A DNA stretch of 64,000 nucleotides from Haliotis rubra (taxonomy: Eukaryota), in contig NW_025766414.1 in assembly GCF_003918875.1 (NCBI RefSeq), forward strand, positions 434,001 to 498,000, in the 5' to 3' direction. The notes beneath the pieces were generated by a model. It was not told the DNA's origin, did not search any database, and saw only the letters and a list, made by a program, of their open reading frames with translations. This document shows positions 38,658-51,730 of the stretch, piece after piece (within the stretch, counting starts at the first letter, position 1; every line of letters begins with the position of its first letter). The translations under genes were made by a program, and so were the position numbers.

Positions 38658-38724
38658 AAATTGTTTTCGTCACGATATGGCTGAGATATTGCCGATGTGA
38701 CGTTAAATATTAACTCACTCACTA
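38658..38724 (+). mobile_element. 67-bp I/Nimb LINE 3' stub
   Basis: 11-bp TSD AAATTGGTGCT at 38647-38657 and 38725-38735; empty site in the paralog at ~48143-48153. Confidence 0.88.
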
Positions 38725-40292
38725 AAATTGGTGCTCGGGCAACCACGGTTTAGCTGCTGTAGTAGGCTATAAACCACAGTCTCGATTTGACGGGTTGGTA
38801 CATTTTTGATTGGATGTACAGATCAGATAGCACTTCATTTTCACGGATATATCTAGGCACTGGTGAACGTGCCTGTAATCTCTGTTGCAAACATGTGGGT
38901 AGTACATGTAATCAATGTCCGTGATTCAGATTAACTAATGATGACTGATCCACGTTAAATCCACCTGGGCACAAATTGCATGTTTTCGTAATAAAGTTTG
39001 GTAATATTTGTAATTCGGAATGGGAAGACTAGCGTTGATTTGTTTTCAGTGATGAAGGGGAGTGTGAACACATCAATCTTATTTCAGCTGGACATGTAAC
39101 ATTAATTAATAAAGGATGTCACATTCACTCAAGGTCTATTGATACTGTCCATCACGAGATATGTTGTCATACAATAATCGTATTATTATTTCAGCTGGAC
39201 ATGTTACATTAAGAAATAAAGGATGTCCCATCGACACTATGTCTGTTGATACCGTTCATCACAAAAATATATACAGTAGTCATCCAATAGTCGTTTTTGA
39301 GACATCCCCTCCTTATGGCACGTACAGACCTACTGCTTTAAATGAGCAGGGTTTTTACTGAAATTTGATCGCTTTATCAGTTTAGGAACACAATTTGAGC
39401 CGCGTAATTATATATGCCCCACTAAGAGGCAGTAGGCAAATAGAATAAATTTCTTTGTAGGTGTCGAGAAACATTACATTGATTAAAATGTGTTTTTTGC
39501 TAAAACATGCTGAGCAAAGTTCCAACAATGCAAAGCCAATCCTCTGATGCTCACATTGCAAGTTACACTTTAAGATTACTAAAAGCTTCAAGAACAATTC
39601 TCACCAATTCCATCTATCTATTGATAGTGCCCCAACCTATTTTCAAAGCACAGATTGCACATTCGTAACCGAAAGTCAGACCAAAGCATCGGAACAATTC
39701 ATTATGGTCCGACCTCAGTCATGAATGCTTGCTTTTGCTGTATGAATGCATTCGTTTGTTCTAAGCATAAGTCCTCTTGTTACATAAGTTATATAACATC
39801 CTGGCTACAGTGTGGAGGCAGGAATCTCACAGATACCGGTTATACCCGACAGTGGTGATCACTCCTGTCCCGCAGTTACCGTTTATACTCGGCAGTGGTA
39901 TAGGACATATAATGATGGAAAGATTGTGGCCACAGAACGGACTAAGAGAAATAATCCTAGAATATTTTTCCAGTATAAACAAGTGTATTTGGGTGAATCA
40001 AATACCAGTATACTTCACAACTACAATTGCTGTTTCCTTCCACAAGGACAAAATATATTTCATTTGCACACATGTCACAAATATAAACATTACAAACTAA
40101 GATAGACAATAATAACAAACTACAGTGCGTTATTCTTTTCCAAATCCGTTCAACTAATCACAGTGTTTCGTTTACCACTTTGAAACCCAAACTTCCTTGG
40201 AGCGGATTGGATGCTAAACTTTGTCTCATATGCTAATATGGTGCTGAGGCGTGTACTTTGCATGGTCATGATATTAACCAAAACATTTATTG

Positions 40293-40521
40293 TAACATAT
40301 GTTATATTTGGGATTACACTTTCTTAGTAAAGTACAGATTCTAGTACTTGCGTTGGGTTGAGTCCCATGCGGGATTCGAACTCACACCCTCAGAGTCGGG
40401 CACCTAATCGCCAGCACAACCAAAAAAGTACTAGAATCTGTACTTTACTAAGAAAGTGTAATCCCAAGTATAACATATGTTACATTTGACCACTTTCTAA
40501 AATGGCATTGTGTATTTCAAT
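40293..40521 (+). mobile_element. Short element with 59-bp inverted repeat, tRNA-like B-box segment and Penelope-like 3' tail
   Basis: 10-bp TSD ACATTTATTG (40283-40292, 40522-40531); IR 40291-40349/40426-40484 with 1 mismatch; minus-strand GTGAGTTCGAATCCCGC T-arm; tail CACTTTCTAAAATGGCATT. Confidence 0.75.
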
Positions 40522-41529
40522 ACATTTATTGAAGAAAACATGCATGACAAATACACACAGTCGTTCACATTGGCTGAGTTCAGTAATGTTTCAGATGTCT
40601 CAATATCCTCCGTTTGACAGTTAAATAAACATAATACTTAACACAAGTCACCCTAAAAACAGTTGTCACAGGTACAGGCAATAATAGCTTAATTACACGA
40701 AAACCTTTGTGCCATATGCGATTCACTACGATTGCTGTGTTAGAAATGCCGTTTCTGCAACTAACACATGAGTCAATGTTAGTTTTATCTTCATTCGAAA
40801 TACTGGCAATTGCACCTAAGATTCGTTTTTAACCGAATTTGTCCTTTACTTTTAGTGCCGCCTCTATTAAACATTCCGTGCAAACAGATAGTTTTTAGAA
40901 CGTATCTACAAACATGGCTTGGAGGACAGTTTGATAATCATCATACCACGATCCCGCATTTAGTATTTGTACAGAGGTTAGTAATCAAAGTGCATTGAGT
41001 GGAAAGCAGTTATTACATAGAAAGTGGAATTCCATCAAAACATTTAATTATGTTAATTTCAGTGACCAATTCATAAATGTTTCCACCGTTAGTTTGAAAC
41101 ATTTATACGCCCACTCGAACCAAGACTGGCTCTTCCGTTGCGTTGATACTTTCAAGTCATCATCACAATTCGCATCTGTCTATTGCAATGTGGTGATTTA
41201 TAGGTTGAAACAAGAAATTTAAACCCAAATTTGTACTTACAGAACTAACTTATCAAATGATTAAATAAATGAGATCAATGATTAATTCACAAATTATATT
41301 GAGCTCGCGTTTTCGCAAACACCTGGTATCAACGCTATCTGATAGTGTTTAATGAGTTAAAAATATAGTCAGACATCTTCATTCGACTTAAACCAGAGAA
41401 AACAGAATATGGAAAGGGTCTGGGTCGTTGATATTCATTAGCTGTCTCAAATATACGATTCAGAATATACCATGAGCATGTATTTGTGAATCACGATCCA
41501 ATAGCGATGCCACCAGTTCACAAGAAGGT

Positions 41530-41965
41530 GAGACTATTATACAACAGCGGTGGCACATAAGTGAGGATTACATAACACTGTTTTTGTGGGTTTCATTTCG
41601 ACTTGACGATGGAGGAAAACCTGATTTGATGCAGGTCTTTTTGCTGAGGTAATTGGTGTGAAACCCAGAAGGATTGGTATGGTGTTGGCTGATGTTGAAA
41701 AAGTATATATCAGGAGAAAAAGGCTTTCAAAAACCAAGCTCATTGCTTTCCGATTGGCTTGAGGGTCTTTGGGGGATTTAGTGACGTGTGTCCCAACTCA
41801 TGAAACACATGAATCATCAGTGACCATGGAATGTTAGTTTATGCAATCTTGTGCTTGTAATACTTTATGTCTACTGATGTCACCTACAGTAATGGTGCTG
41901 ACATAGTCCTCAAAACGTCTTAAAACAAACCTCACCGAAGTATGAATAAGTTCTAAATCTTGAGG
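41530..41965 (+). mobile_element. Highly decayed Penelope-like 3' fragment
   Basis: KDWYG..VYIRRK-like peptide resembling the GIY-YIG C-terminus; CTGATG...AAACGTC remnant; possible AGGTGAG TSD. Confidence 0.35.
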
Positions 41966-42063
41966 TGAGGGTTTCAACAATGACACACCTTTATCGTCAA
42001 ACACTGACTGCAAATCCTTTCCTTATGAATGCTTTATTTATTTTCATAGGCTTTCGAAATAAA

Positions 42064-42227
42064 TATACTCATGGAAACTAATAAGGAAACACATGAAAGT
42101 ACAAGTGTTCCTTTATTCTTTTCCAGGTTTCTTCACAAGGCATGCATTGCATTGTGAGTGAAATTCTTGAAATAAATAAAGGAACACTTGTACTTTCATG
42201 TATTCCCTTATTCATTCCATGTGTATA
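42064..42227. repeat. Palindromic MITE-like hairpin (~164 bp)
   Basis: Perfect 27-bp core ACATGAAAGTACAAGTGTTCCTTTATT (42091-42117) vs its reverse complement (42175-42201); imperfect pairing extends to TATAC...GTATA ends. Confidence 0.75.
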
Positions 42228-44476
42228 GTTACAACAGGGCATGTTGATTTGCGGATATATCAGAATCAGCTTGGTATTTTGTTAACAAAATATATTCCCC
42301 TATCTTAACTTCTTAGAAACAATAAATATATTGTGATATAGTTATGGACCCAACGAACATTGAAAAGCTACCACTTCATGATTGTATGCAATGTAATCTG
42401 AGTGTGAAACGAACCTGATTATTTTGAAGATTACTATTAAATCAATTTAGGTATTTGTTTTACATAAATGATTTGTAAACAGTAAACCAGGTGTAGGTGC
42501 CCTTATTCGCGTTTCGTATTATCATTGTTATAGTTATCAATATTGCATCATTCGCGCAACACACATTCAACGTAATTTCGTAGCTGAAGAGTAATGGCTA
42601 GTCAGTTTTTCAAATTAACAATCTCTGAACAAATGGTACCATGGCAATCAAAAGAAAACGTACAAGTGTTTCCTGTTGACGAAGCTTCTACGCTATTTTG
42701 TGGTTTCTGTATCATCTTGCATCATCTTCGCTGCAAGAACAAATTTGCTTACTATTCATGTGATCATCGTTATTAGGGCGAACGCCTATCATGCACTGAA
42801 AGCACTCAGCACACATACCAGAGGGTGACCGGTATGATAGGAGACTGACAGACAAAATAAAGCCAGAGTGGAATATTGTTCAGGTTTGCACGAACTTTAC
42901 AGATGTAATTTGTAAGAGATCAAACAGCGGCAAAATTTAATGTTGACAAGATACTCGAACCGATTTCCTTGTTGGTTATATGTTTTAATTGAAAACTGTA
43001 CTACTGTTTTAACATTGCACAGTCAATCACCTTATCATTTCTGAAGAAACGCAAATATACATAATATATTGTAATTTCTCGCTATTCCATTGAGTGCATC
43101 TGGTAAAATATCAGTACAGTTATGACTGCGTTCAATCGCAAAAAATGTCAATACACACCTTAACAGATATGTTTCACGGACAGTTCACCAGATGTTCCAA
43201 AGAATAGTATTACCATGGCTCGTTTATTCATCAGGAAATCACGCTGTGCTAAACTCTTGGTATTGGGACCTTATTACGAACATCGATATGGAAAGTAGTC
43301 CTTACATTCTGTACTATGTTTTAGAATTAGTTAACTTGGATCTCGGTGCGAGCAGGGATAACAATAGGGTATATGTATCGACTGTACATATCTCAGACAT
43401 ATGTGCACCGACATTGGTAGATGTACTGTGTAACATGTTGTCCACTCCGCCCAGTGTGTGCGGAATATACCCTTCTCAAACCATTACTACACCACCAGCA
43501 ATGCCTTGGTGGATGTCACCACCAATGTCATTACAAAAGTTACAAAGTTTTATTGAACTGATGTCCAATTACAAATCTCTTACAAAAGTACGAATTTGTT
43601 GAATTTGTTTGCTACTTAATTCTTTGCTAACAGTGTGCCAGGCGAAGCTTCAAACACACCTTCACACGAAATACATGAAAATCAACAAAAATCATCACAG
43701 ATAAAATCCAAGTGACGGATTTCTGTGTATCAATCACTCTCAGCTCTGTTTCAAGTTGGCCAGTACATTATTTGCTGTTCACCTTCGTGTTACTTTCTAA
43801 CATGTGTGAAGGGTTCATGTTCTCAAAGTGTTTTTCATACGTGGTATGATTCAGAAGATCCCTTTGTGCAGCCCAGCACACCTGCCCATGACCCTCTGGT
43901 TAAATCTGTATGTAGTTAATGGCGTTCCCTAATGAGTGTCACTGTATCAGTGTATACATATGCTCAGGGTCATCGATCATCCTTTGTCATAACCCACTGG
44001 CAAAGGTAAGCCTTAATGACAGAATATTAATGATGAACGCCGTGCCCATGACTGACCAAAAAATAATCTGTGCTGACTAACCATCCTGACAAATCCAAAA
44101 GTTATGTCTTGCTGACGAACCATGTTTATGCTTCAGTTAATATTAGTTTCGCGTTAGACTAACAACTAGTCTCTGAAATGAACATATTTTACAGAAAAAA
44201 GGCTCATAGTGAAAACCAAACAAAATATAATAAAAAGGAGCCATGAGATTTAATTCATTTTCAGAAGCTGTGGGAATCTGCCACATTTTCTAGACTTGCG
44301 TGGGATTTCTTGGATATATTTGCGTCAGGGTCTGTATGACAGACTAGTTTCGCGTGTTCATTTAGGATAACAACTGATATAAAGATGACATCCGTGTATG
44401 CATATTATTAACTTTACAGTCTTCTTCTCAAATATTAGTACGCAATACTTTATGTCAGTACAAATACACCTTCCTT

Positions 44477-47400
44477 TTTTTTTTTTTTACCATTTTTTTA
44501 CTTATTGAAAGGTACAGTACATGTGGTCAACGTATGACATTGATAGGTACAATTGTGCTGATATACAAGATTACAAAAGCAATCAATGATATTTCTATAA
44601 AAAAGTCTCAAATGGCATCAGATACCATGATGCCATATATATATGANNNNNNNNNNNNNNNNNNNNNNNNNNNNNNNNNNNNNNNNNNNNNNNNNNNNNN
44701 NNNNNNNNNNNNNNNNNNNNNNNNNNNNNNNNNNNNNNNNNNNNNNNNNNNNNNNNNNNNNNNNNNNNNNNNNNNNNNNNGTACGTACGCATATGTAAGT
44801 ACGTATGTGTATGTATGTATGTACGGGTACGTATATTTGTGTATGTATGTAGATACGTATGAATGAACAGGTGGATATGCATTCAATTTGTGTCTATATG
44901 AAATAAGGATGGCAGACAAAATCATTCATCCCTCTCCTTATAGTGCTGGAAAAGTGTATGTAGAGATGACCAAAAGGAGAAAAATGTGTCAACACCACAA
45001 GAGGAAGAATAAACATATCTTGTAATGTCATAATACTTAATTATCTCCCTTTTCACATGACTGATAAAGGGTACAGTTGAATTTCTGCTGTGTCTAAAGA
45101 TAACTTGCTTTACAACAAGTATTATGGCATTAATTGGATTATTATTTTTTCCTCTAATTCCAAGTAAGACATTCTGTTTTGTGAAATATAACGGAATATT
45201 CAAGTCAGTTAAAAGCCATGACTGGAGGTTTTTCCAGATATCTTGCACAATTTCACAGTCCCAAAATAGATTGGTAATTGATTCAATGTTATATTTACAG
45301 AAACTGCAAATGGGGGAGTCTATATACTTGATCTTAAACAAAAGCTGTTTTGTAGGTAGAATATTATGGATAATTCTGTATTGTAACCATCTTAGATCAA
45401 TACTATAGGTGCACTTCCATGGGATAATATTAAATATTTCCCAGTCCTTTGGTAGGAGATTTAGATTCAAGCTATCCCAGTTTTAATTATAGTGTTCTGT
45501 TTTTAATTTAGAGCATAGGAGTTTTTCATAAAAATATTTGCTGCCTTTTTAACTGAACTTTAGTTTAGACAAATTGAAAGGGTATGTCGGTTTAATGCTC
45601 AAAGTTGTAGAATGTGAAATATTTATCTTTAATAATTGCTTGTTTGACCCCTTCAAAGGTGAGGAAATTTGTTCTGAGTTTATATAGATCTATCAAGTCA
45701 TCAAAGGATAGAAATTTTCCTTCTGCTGTCAACATGTCAGATACAAACATAACTCCCTTGTTGTACCAATATTTATACAAAATAGGTTTGTTATGAACCA
45801 ATATGTCATCATTACACCAGATAGACTGTGACTGGATTTCAAATTCACTTGTAATAGTATCTTTTTGCTTAGATGGGAACCAAGCCCAAGCAAGTAACAC
45901 ATCCTTCCAAAACTGATTGGTTAAGGTTGGAGTAACAACATTTTTAATATAATTGCTGTCTGCAGACCATAGGTAAATTTCACATGTAATCTTTCTAAGA
46001 AAAAGATAGTCCCACTTATTTGGTTTTTGTAATAGTTTTCTTACTCATCCAAGCTTTTGGGCCGCAATTGTCTCTTTGATTTTTGGTACCTTTAATCCAC
46101 CATGTTTGGGGAGACATGTAATAATGTCCCTTTTAACTTTGTCTGGTTTTCCTTTCCAAATAAATCTTAAACATAGCTTTCGAAGCTTATCTAAGACATG
46201 ATCTGGAGGGTTTTGGAGTGAAGTAAATAAGTGATTTAATTTTGGAAACAGGAGTGATTTCAAAACTGTGTTTCTTCCAAAGGGAGTGAGTGTTCGTGCT
46301 GACCAGGTATTCATTTCTTTCGTAATTTGAGACAATTTATCGGAATAATTTTTTTTCAACCATACTTTCTAAATCTATGTCAAAATGAATACCTAAAAGT
46401 GTAAATTCAGTATGAGACCAGTCGAAATTCCAGTCTTTGCATAATTTTAGTCTTGATCTCTTTTTTGATCCTATCCAAATTAGCTTTGTTTTTTCAATAT
46501 TAATTTTTAGCCCAGAGAATATTGCAAAGAATTGTAATGTATTTAAAGCAGCATAAAGACATCTTTCAGAACCATCCAGTGTCATCGTCGTATCATCAGC
46601 AAATTGTGACATAATGTATTCAATATTATCAATTTTTATTCCTCTTATATACCTATTATTTTTTATCATTAAGGCCAAAATTTCTACACAAACCAAAAAA
46701 TATATAAGGCGATAGAGGATCCCCTTGACGACAGCCCCGGGTTATTTTAAAGAAGGGTGATGCAAAGCCATTAACCAATACACTGGATTCAATATCATGA
46801 TAGAAAAGGTTTACCCATTGAATCAAATCTGGTCAAAAGTGATAGAAATTGAGAACATTGAGAATATATTTCAAGTCAACCGAGTCAAAAGCTTTCTCAA
46901 AGTCAATCAATAGGAGTAGTCCAGGGATTTGATATGTTTCGGATCTGGATCTTAAAGACCCTTGGTGTGAACAAAAGTTTGGTGAAAGGAGATATACATG
47001 GCGACAGCCAACCCCTTTGAAACAAGCTAGACTTGACTTCTTTTTAATCTCTCATCAATGCTATCAGACATTAGACACTGTGATATATCACCTAGTTTAG
47101 GATCTGATCACTCCCTCATAGAGTTATCACTCACACTTTCGTGGTCGAGGTTTCTGGAAATTTAATAATTCCTTACTGCATGATAGAAAATATGTGGAAA
47201 TTATTAAATCCACAATAAAATCTACACTTGATCAGTACAAAATCAATGATGAAAATAACGACAATAATTTAACATATTCTATTGATGATCAATTACTATG
47301 GGAAACACTACTATTAATGATTAGAGGGAAGACAATTTATTATGCCTCAACTATGAATGATCTTGGCGAATTCGTGATTAAATCTCTGAATTTTGCTTTT

Positions 47401-47656
47401 CGAACTGGAAATTTATCTGTCTCTCAGAAACAGGGACTTATAACATGTATTCCTAAAGGAAATAAGCGCAAAAGGTTTTTAAAGAACTGGCGACCCATTT
47501 CGCTTCTAAATATCTCATATAAAATTGCTGCCGCAGCCATTGCCAACAGAATTAAGCCTATTCTTCCAAGTATTATCAGTGAAGACCAAAAGGGCTTTAT
47601 CATTGGAAGATACATAGGAGACTAGACTAATTTATGACCTGATGGAACATACCGAA
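44477..47656 (-). mobile_element. L1/Tx1-type LINE, 5'-truncated with 5' inversion (46942-47656 on the + strand)
   Basis: 15-bp TSD AAATACACCTTCCTT (44462-44476, 47657-47671); poly(A) tail; minus strand IDFEKAFDS, GCRQGDPLSP, SQFADDTT, CSFC..ESITNLFWDC; plus strand QARLDFFL, GSDHS, WKFNNSLL, NWRPISLLN. Confidence 0.95.
44647..44780. other. Assembly gap next to a (TATG)n-like microsatellite in the L1 3' UTR
   Basis: Run of N followed by GTAT/TATG repeats. Confidence 1.
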
Positions 47657-50600
47657 AAATACACCTTCCTTGTTACCCACCCACTGTCCATATGAAGGTT
47701 AACTTTGTTCGTCATGTGACCTTCGTGACACTATTTTTAATATATGACAAGTATTAAATTCAAAGTACAGTTTCTTTAGAAGAAAGTATTCGCACTAATG
47801 AGTATCAATCAATTAGTGACATAATTGTTTCTGTAGATTCTAAATTTCGTGACATCAATTCAAGTAGATTCAATCCAGGTTTTATTTCAACGCTACGTGA
47901 ACATATACACAGAACTACATATATCAAATCATAGAAGTTCTGATTAAACTTCAGCCACATATCCATTATAGCTATTCTAACTTCACACAGAAATAGGAAT
48001 AGCTGAGATATTTTAGTAGGTCTTGCTATCTCATCTGGCCATTAGGTAATTTCACGTGGCCATTTATTTTTTATTCAACTGGACAAACATGAACTTCTAA
48101 TTTAGCAGTTGACACAGAACCTTGCCACCTGACCCCAGGCTTAAATTGGTGCTAAGGCGACAGCAGTTTAGCTGTTCTAGTGGGCCATAAACGACAGCCT
48201 CGAATTGACGCGTTGATGCATTCTCGATTGGATAGACAGATCAGATAGCGCTGGTGAACTTGCCTTTATTCTCGGTTGTAAACATAGTGAGCAAATACTT
48301 GGAAGTACAGATGATAAATATCCATGCGCCAGTTTAACTAGTAATAACTTTGTAATATCCAGACACACATTCAGTCAAGCCGGGCACAAATTGCATGTTT
48401 TCCAAATAAAGTTTGGAATCAGCGGTCCTACTGGCAAGTCGGTCATTCGGAATGGGAAGACTAACAGTGATTTGTTTTCAGTGATGAAGGAGAGTGTGAA
48501 CATGTTGGGCATGTTACATTAGGAATAAAGGATGTCCCATCGACACTAAGTCTGTTGATACTGGTCATCACAAGATATATCATTATACAATAGTAGTTTC
48601 TGAGACATTCTCTCCTTATGGTTCCTACAGACCAGCTGCGTTGAAATGAGCAGGGGTTGTATTGAAAGCGTGTCGCTTTATCACTTTCGGGAGAGTTTGA
48701 GTTACTTAGTTGTATCTTGATGCAGCACTCAGGGGCAGTAGGCAAATAGAATATTTTTCTCTGTATGTGTCTATTACAAAATTGTTTTTCTCTGTATGTG
48801 TCTATTACAAAATTATCAATTTGCTAAATTAATTCTTTGCTATGCTGGATAAAGCTCCTAAAGCTAAAGTCAAAATTAAGGCTTCAAGAAGCAATTTCAA
48901 CAATATCATTTCTCTATTGGTTGTTGTGTGCCAAGTTTTCATACAAAGCACAAGTGACACATTGGTAACCGGCAGTCAATATATCCAGAGGCATCTGAAC
49001 CAGTCGTGATGTCATGAAGTCGCGAGTGCTTGTTGTTGTTGGATGAACGCATTCCTTTGTTGTGAGCAGCAGTCCTTGTTATGAATGTTACATAACCTGC
49101 TAGCTACATTGTGGAGGCAGGGATAGTGCATTACAAATGATAACCACGTTGTTACTTTTAGGCACAACTTTCTATCTCTCTTTGCAACTGTCCTCATATA
49201 TATCAGATTTTCTTCCGTTTGTTCAGATGTCCGATGAAACTTTAAAGTCCTGAAGTATGATACCAGAATACCTTCACTTATTACAAGACATGTTTTGCGA
49301 ACACAGATGTATTTGCTTTCTCATTACATTTGCCTCCATTTGATTCCCGCCGTAACAAATATGTGAATAGCAAAACCATTGAGACATTGAGGTTTTATTC
49401 TAATAGCATGTAATCAAACACATTTTAAAAAATGCGGTTTTGATGCTTCATGCCATTTCAAGAAAACTGTAAGAAACATCTGTACAATCACTGTCCATTG
49501 TGGCCAAAGTTTGTACATAGCTGTTTCGTTAGATAGCGCTTCCGATTACAGTTCTTGTCAGTGATCATGCTGGTGATTCGCGTCGATAACATTCAACGCT
49601 GGACATGAGATTGGGAACCATCGGTGTCAACAGCTACATATCAATTTACAATGTATTAGTATTTGATGTTTATTCCGATTTGACGTGATTAATAATGCCT
49701 CTACTTTAGTATTATGCAAATTAAAGACGCTAATCAACATGTTGGTCAGATTTTTTAGTTGCATATGCCCTGTGATGTTTTCGGACACTGAATGTCTTCA
49801 TACGGATTTATTCGTGAACAGATAAAGCTTTGTTTATATTCTCAGCCAACCCAGGATTACATTCAATATTACGGCTTATAGGTTAGTTTGGGCAAGCAGA
49901 TATTGCCACTGGCAAACACAAATTGTATTATATCATTGATAATTTTAATGTAGTTGCAACTGTTTACATGGCACAATTGTAATATGTGTTATGTATTTGT
50001 GTGCATCATTTAGATCTCATGTTTGAAGAAATAGCTGTTTGAATATTGTACCTCTAATGTTAACCCGACAAGATAGCTTTAATTTTCACTTAAGAGATGA
50101 CAATTTGTTTTCCATATTGTACATAAATCCTTCATAGAATGGCCTAGACATCTCAAGAACTACCGAAAGTGAGAAACCTGATATATGAATTTGGATAGCC
50201 ACGTAAGGGTTTGAGAAGGGTTTCGATTGCTGATTCTGTAATGTCTTCGTGTCTATCGCTCCTGCCAATGCTGCTGAAAACGTGACTAAATTACCCTCAA
50301 CATAGCTACCTTTTGTGAATACTGAAACTACTGGATTATACACACGTACCGAGATGGTGGAAAAACAGCACACAGTCCGTATGGCACAACGTGCTTGGTC
50401 TTGTTACATCAGCTTATTTATTAGTCGAGTGGCCTGTAGAGCTGTCTGAGGTTCTGGGCGTGTGAAGCAGACCCTGTACACATAACGTTTGTGTGACATG
50501 CGTGCTCTCTGAGGCTATGAGCAGAACGATTCCAAATTAAAATGCGTCTACAAAAGCTCCGTGAAGTACCCTCTGCATCAGCAGATATACAGACGTGGAG

Positions 50601-51730
50601 CTCAATGCAGTTACCAGAGCAGAAGGTTCTTTAACAGTAACACTGTGACATTTTCAGTCAATTACATTTAGGAAAATCTAATTTACTGATGACATGCCGC
50701 ATTAGGAACGCTGTGGTTGAAATTTTTAGACCTGATCAATACATTTTACATTTGAGTAAAGCGCCTGAAAGGATTATATGATAAGGAAAGGTTCAATGCC
50801 ATATTCCTAAATCATATGAAAATATCCTCTTCGCTTGTATTATGAAGGATGTAGAACGTCAGCATGATGAAAGAATAGTAAAGGTCAACAGGTACCGTAA
50901 AAGTATCAATGTTTTGTACACTGGCGCATTCGTTAGATTTGAGACGCTTGATTTGTAATGTGCTGAGTTAAACGAAATGTCACAACAATATTTGTCCTGC
51001 AATTTTGACATTTTCTTTGTTCATTGAACAAACAGTCCCGCAGTCCTGTCTCGTAATGTTGTCTTCAGTTGTCCATATTCATTTCCTGAGTTATTTCCTG
51101 TCAAAGAGATTTGTTTGGATTTCTCGGAGACTTAAATACGCGCTTGCACAATATTAGCTTGGAGATTGTACAGGGTTAATTGTTAATGTCGTGCGTGGGG
51201 TTTTGTCTATAAACATCATAAACACATTTAATAGCTGTGAGTCGGACACAAGAATTATAATAATAAATAAAAGGGACAATACCCTTACCATAACCGAATT
51301 ATGAAATCTAAAGAAGAACCATGATCCCCACTATAGTGAAGACACCACGTGTTGACATGTTACGTGTTCCCCACTATAGTGATGACACCACGTGTTCGCG
51401 AAATGGTGAGCGTCACCTGCATGGCGCATCGTTGGCTCCCGTCACGAGTTCATATCAAGGCACATGTTCTGTACATCTGAAAGACAGAAAAAGTGCACGA
51501 GAACGTAAAATCCAAATGCAATGCCATGCAATAATTAGTTATTGTTTCAATAATACATGTGTCTCAATCCACGTATTCAGTGCCTCACTGAGGAACAAGT
51601 TTAGTTCCTTAGAGTTACAAGACAGGTCATATAACGGTTATATGCATGCATCTGACATAATTAAGCGGTTGATATCTTCAGGTGGTCCCTCCAACGTGAA
51701 CCTGACACGCTGTAATGTAACTGGAATATT

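Larger units (their letters stand above)
34770..39825 (+). repeat. Diverged segmental duplication, copy 1 (partner about 42430-49125)
   Basis: Colinear anchors, e.g. CCATGGCAATCAAAA..GTACAAGTGTTTCCTGTTGACGAAGC (34993/42639), CCAAGTGACGGATTTCTGT (35570/43708), 75-bp block (38583/48079), TGTGGAGGCAGG (39811/49111). Confidence 0.85.
42430..49125 (+). repeat. Diverged segmental duplication, copy 2 (contains the L1 insertion)
   Basis: Colinear with 34770-39825; see anchors there. Confidence 0.85.

Noticed and set aside
43192-43602. 136-aa ORF in the duplicated block
   Set aside because: The frame is not preserved in the paralogous segment (~35230-35400).
48481-48603. C/D box snoRNA (GTGATGA ... 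CTGA)
   Set aside because: No convincing terminal stem, and the D box is absent in the paralog (TTGA at ~39298).
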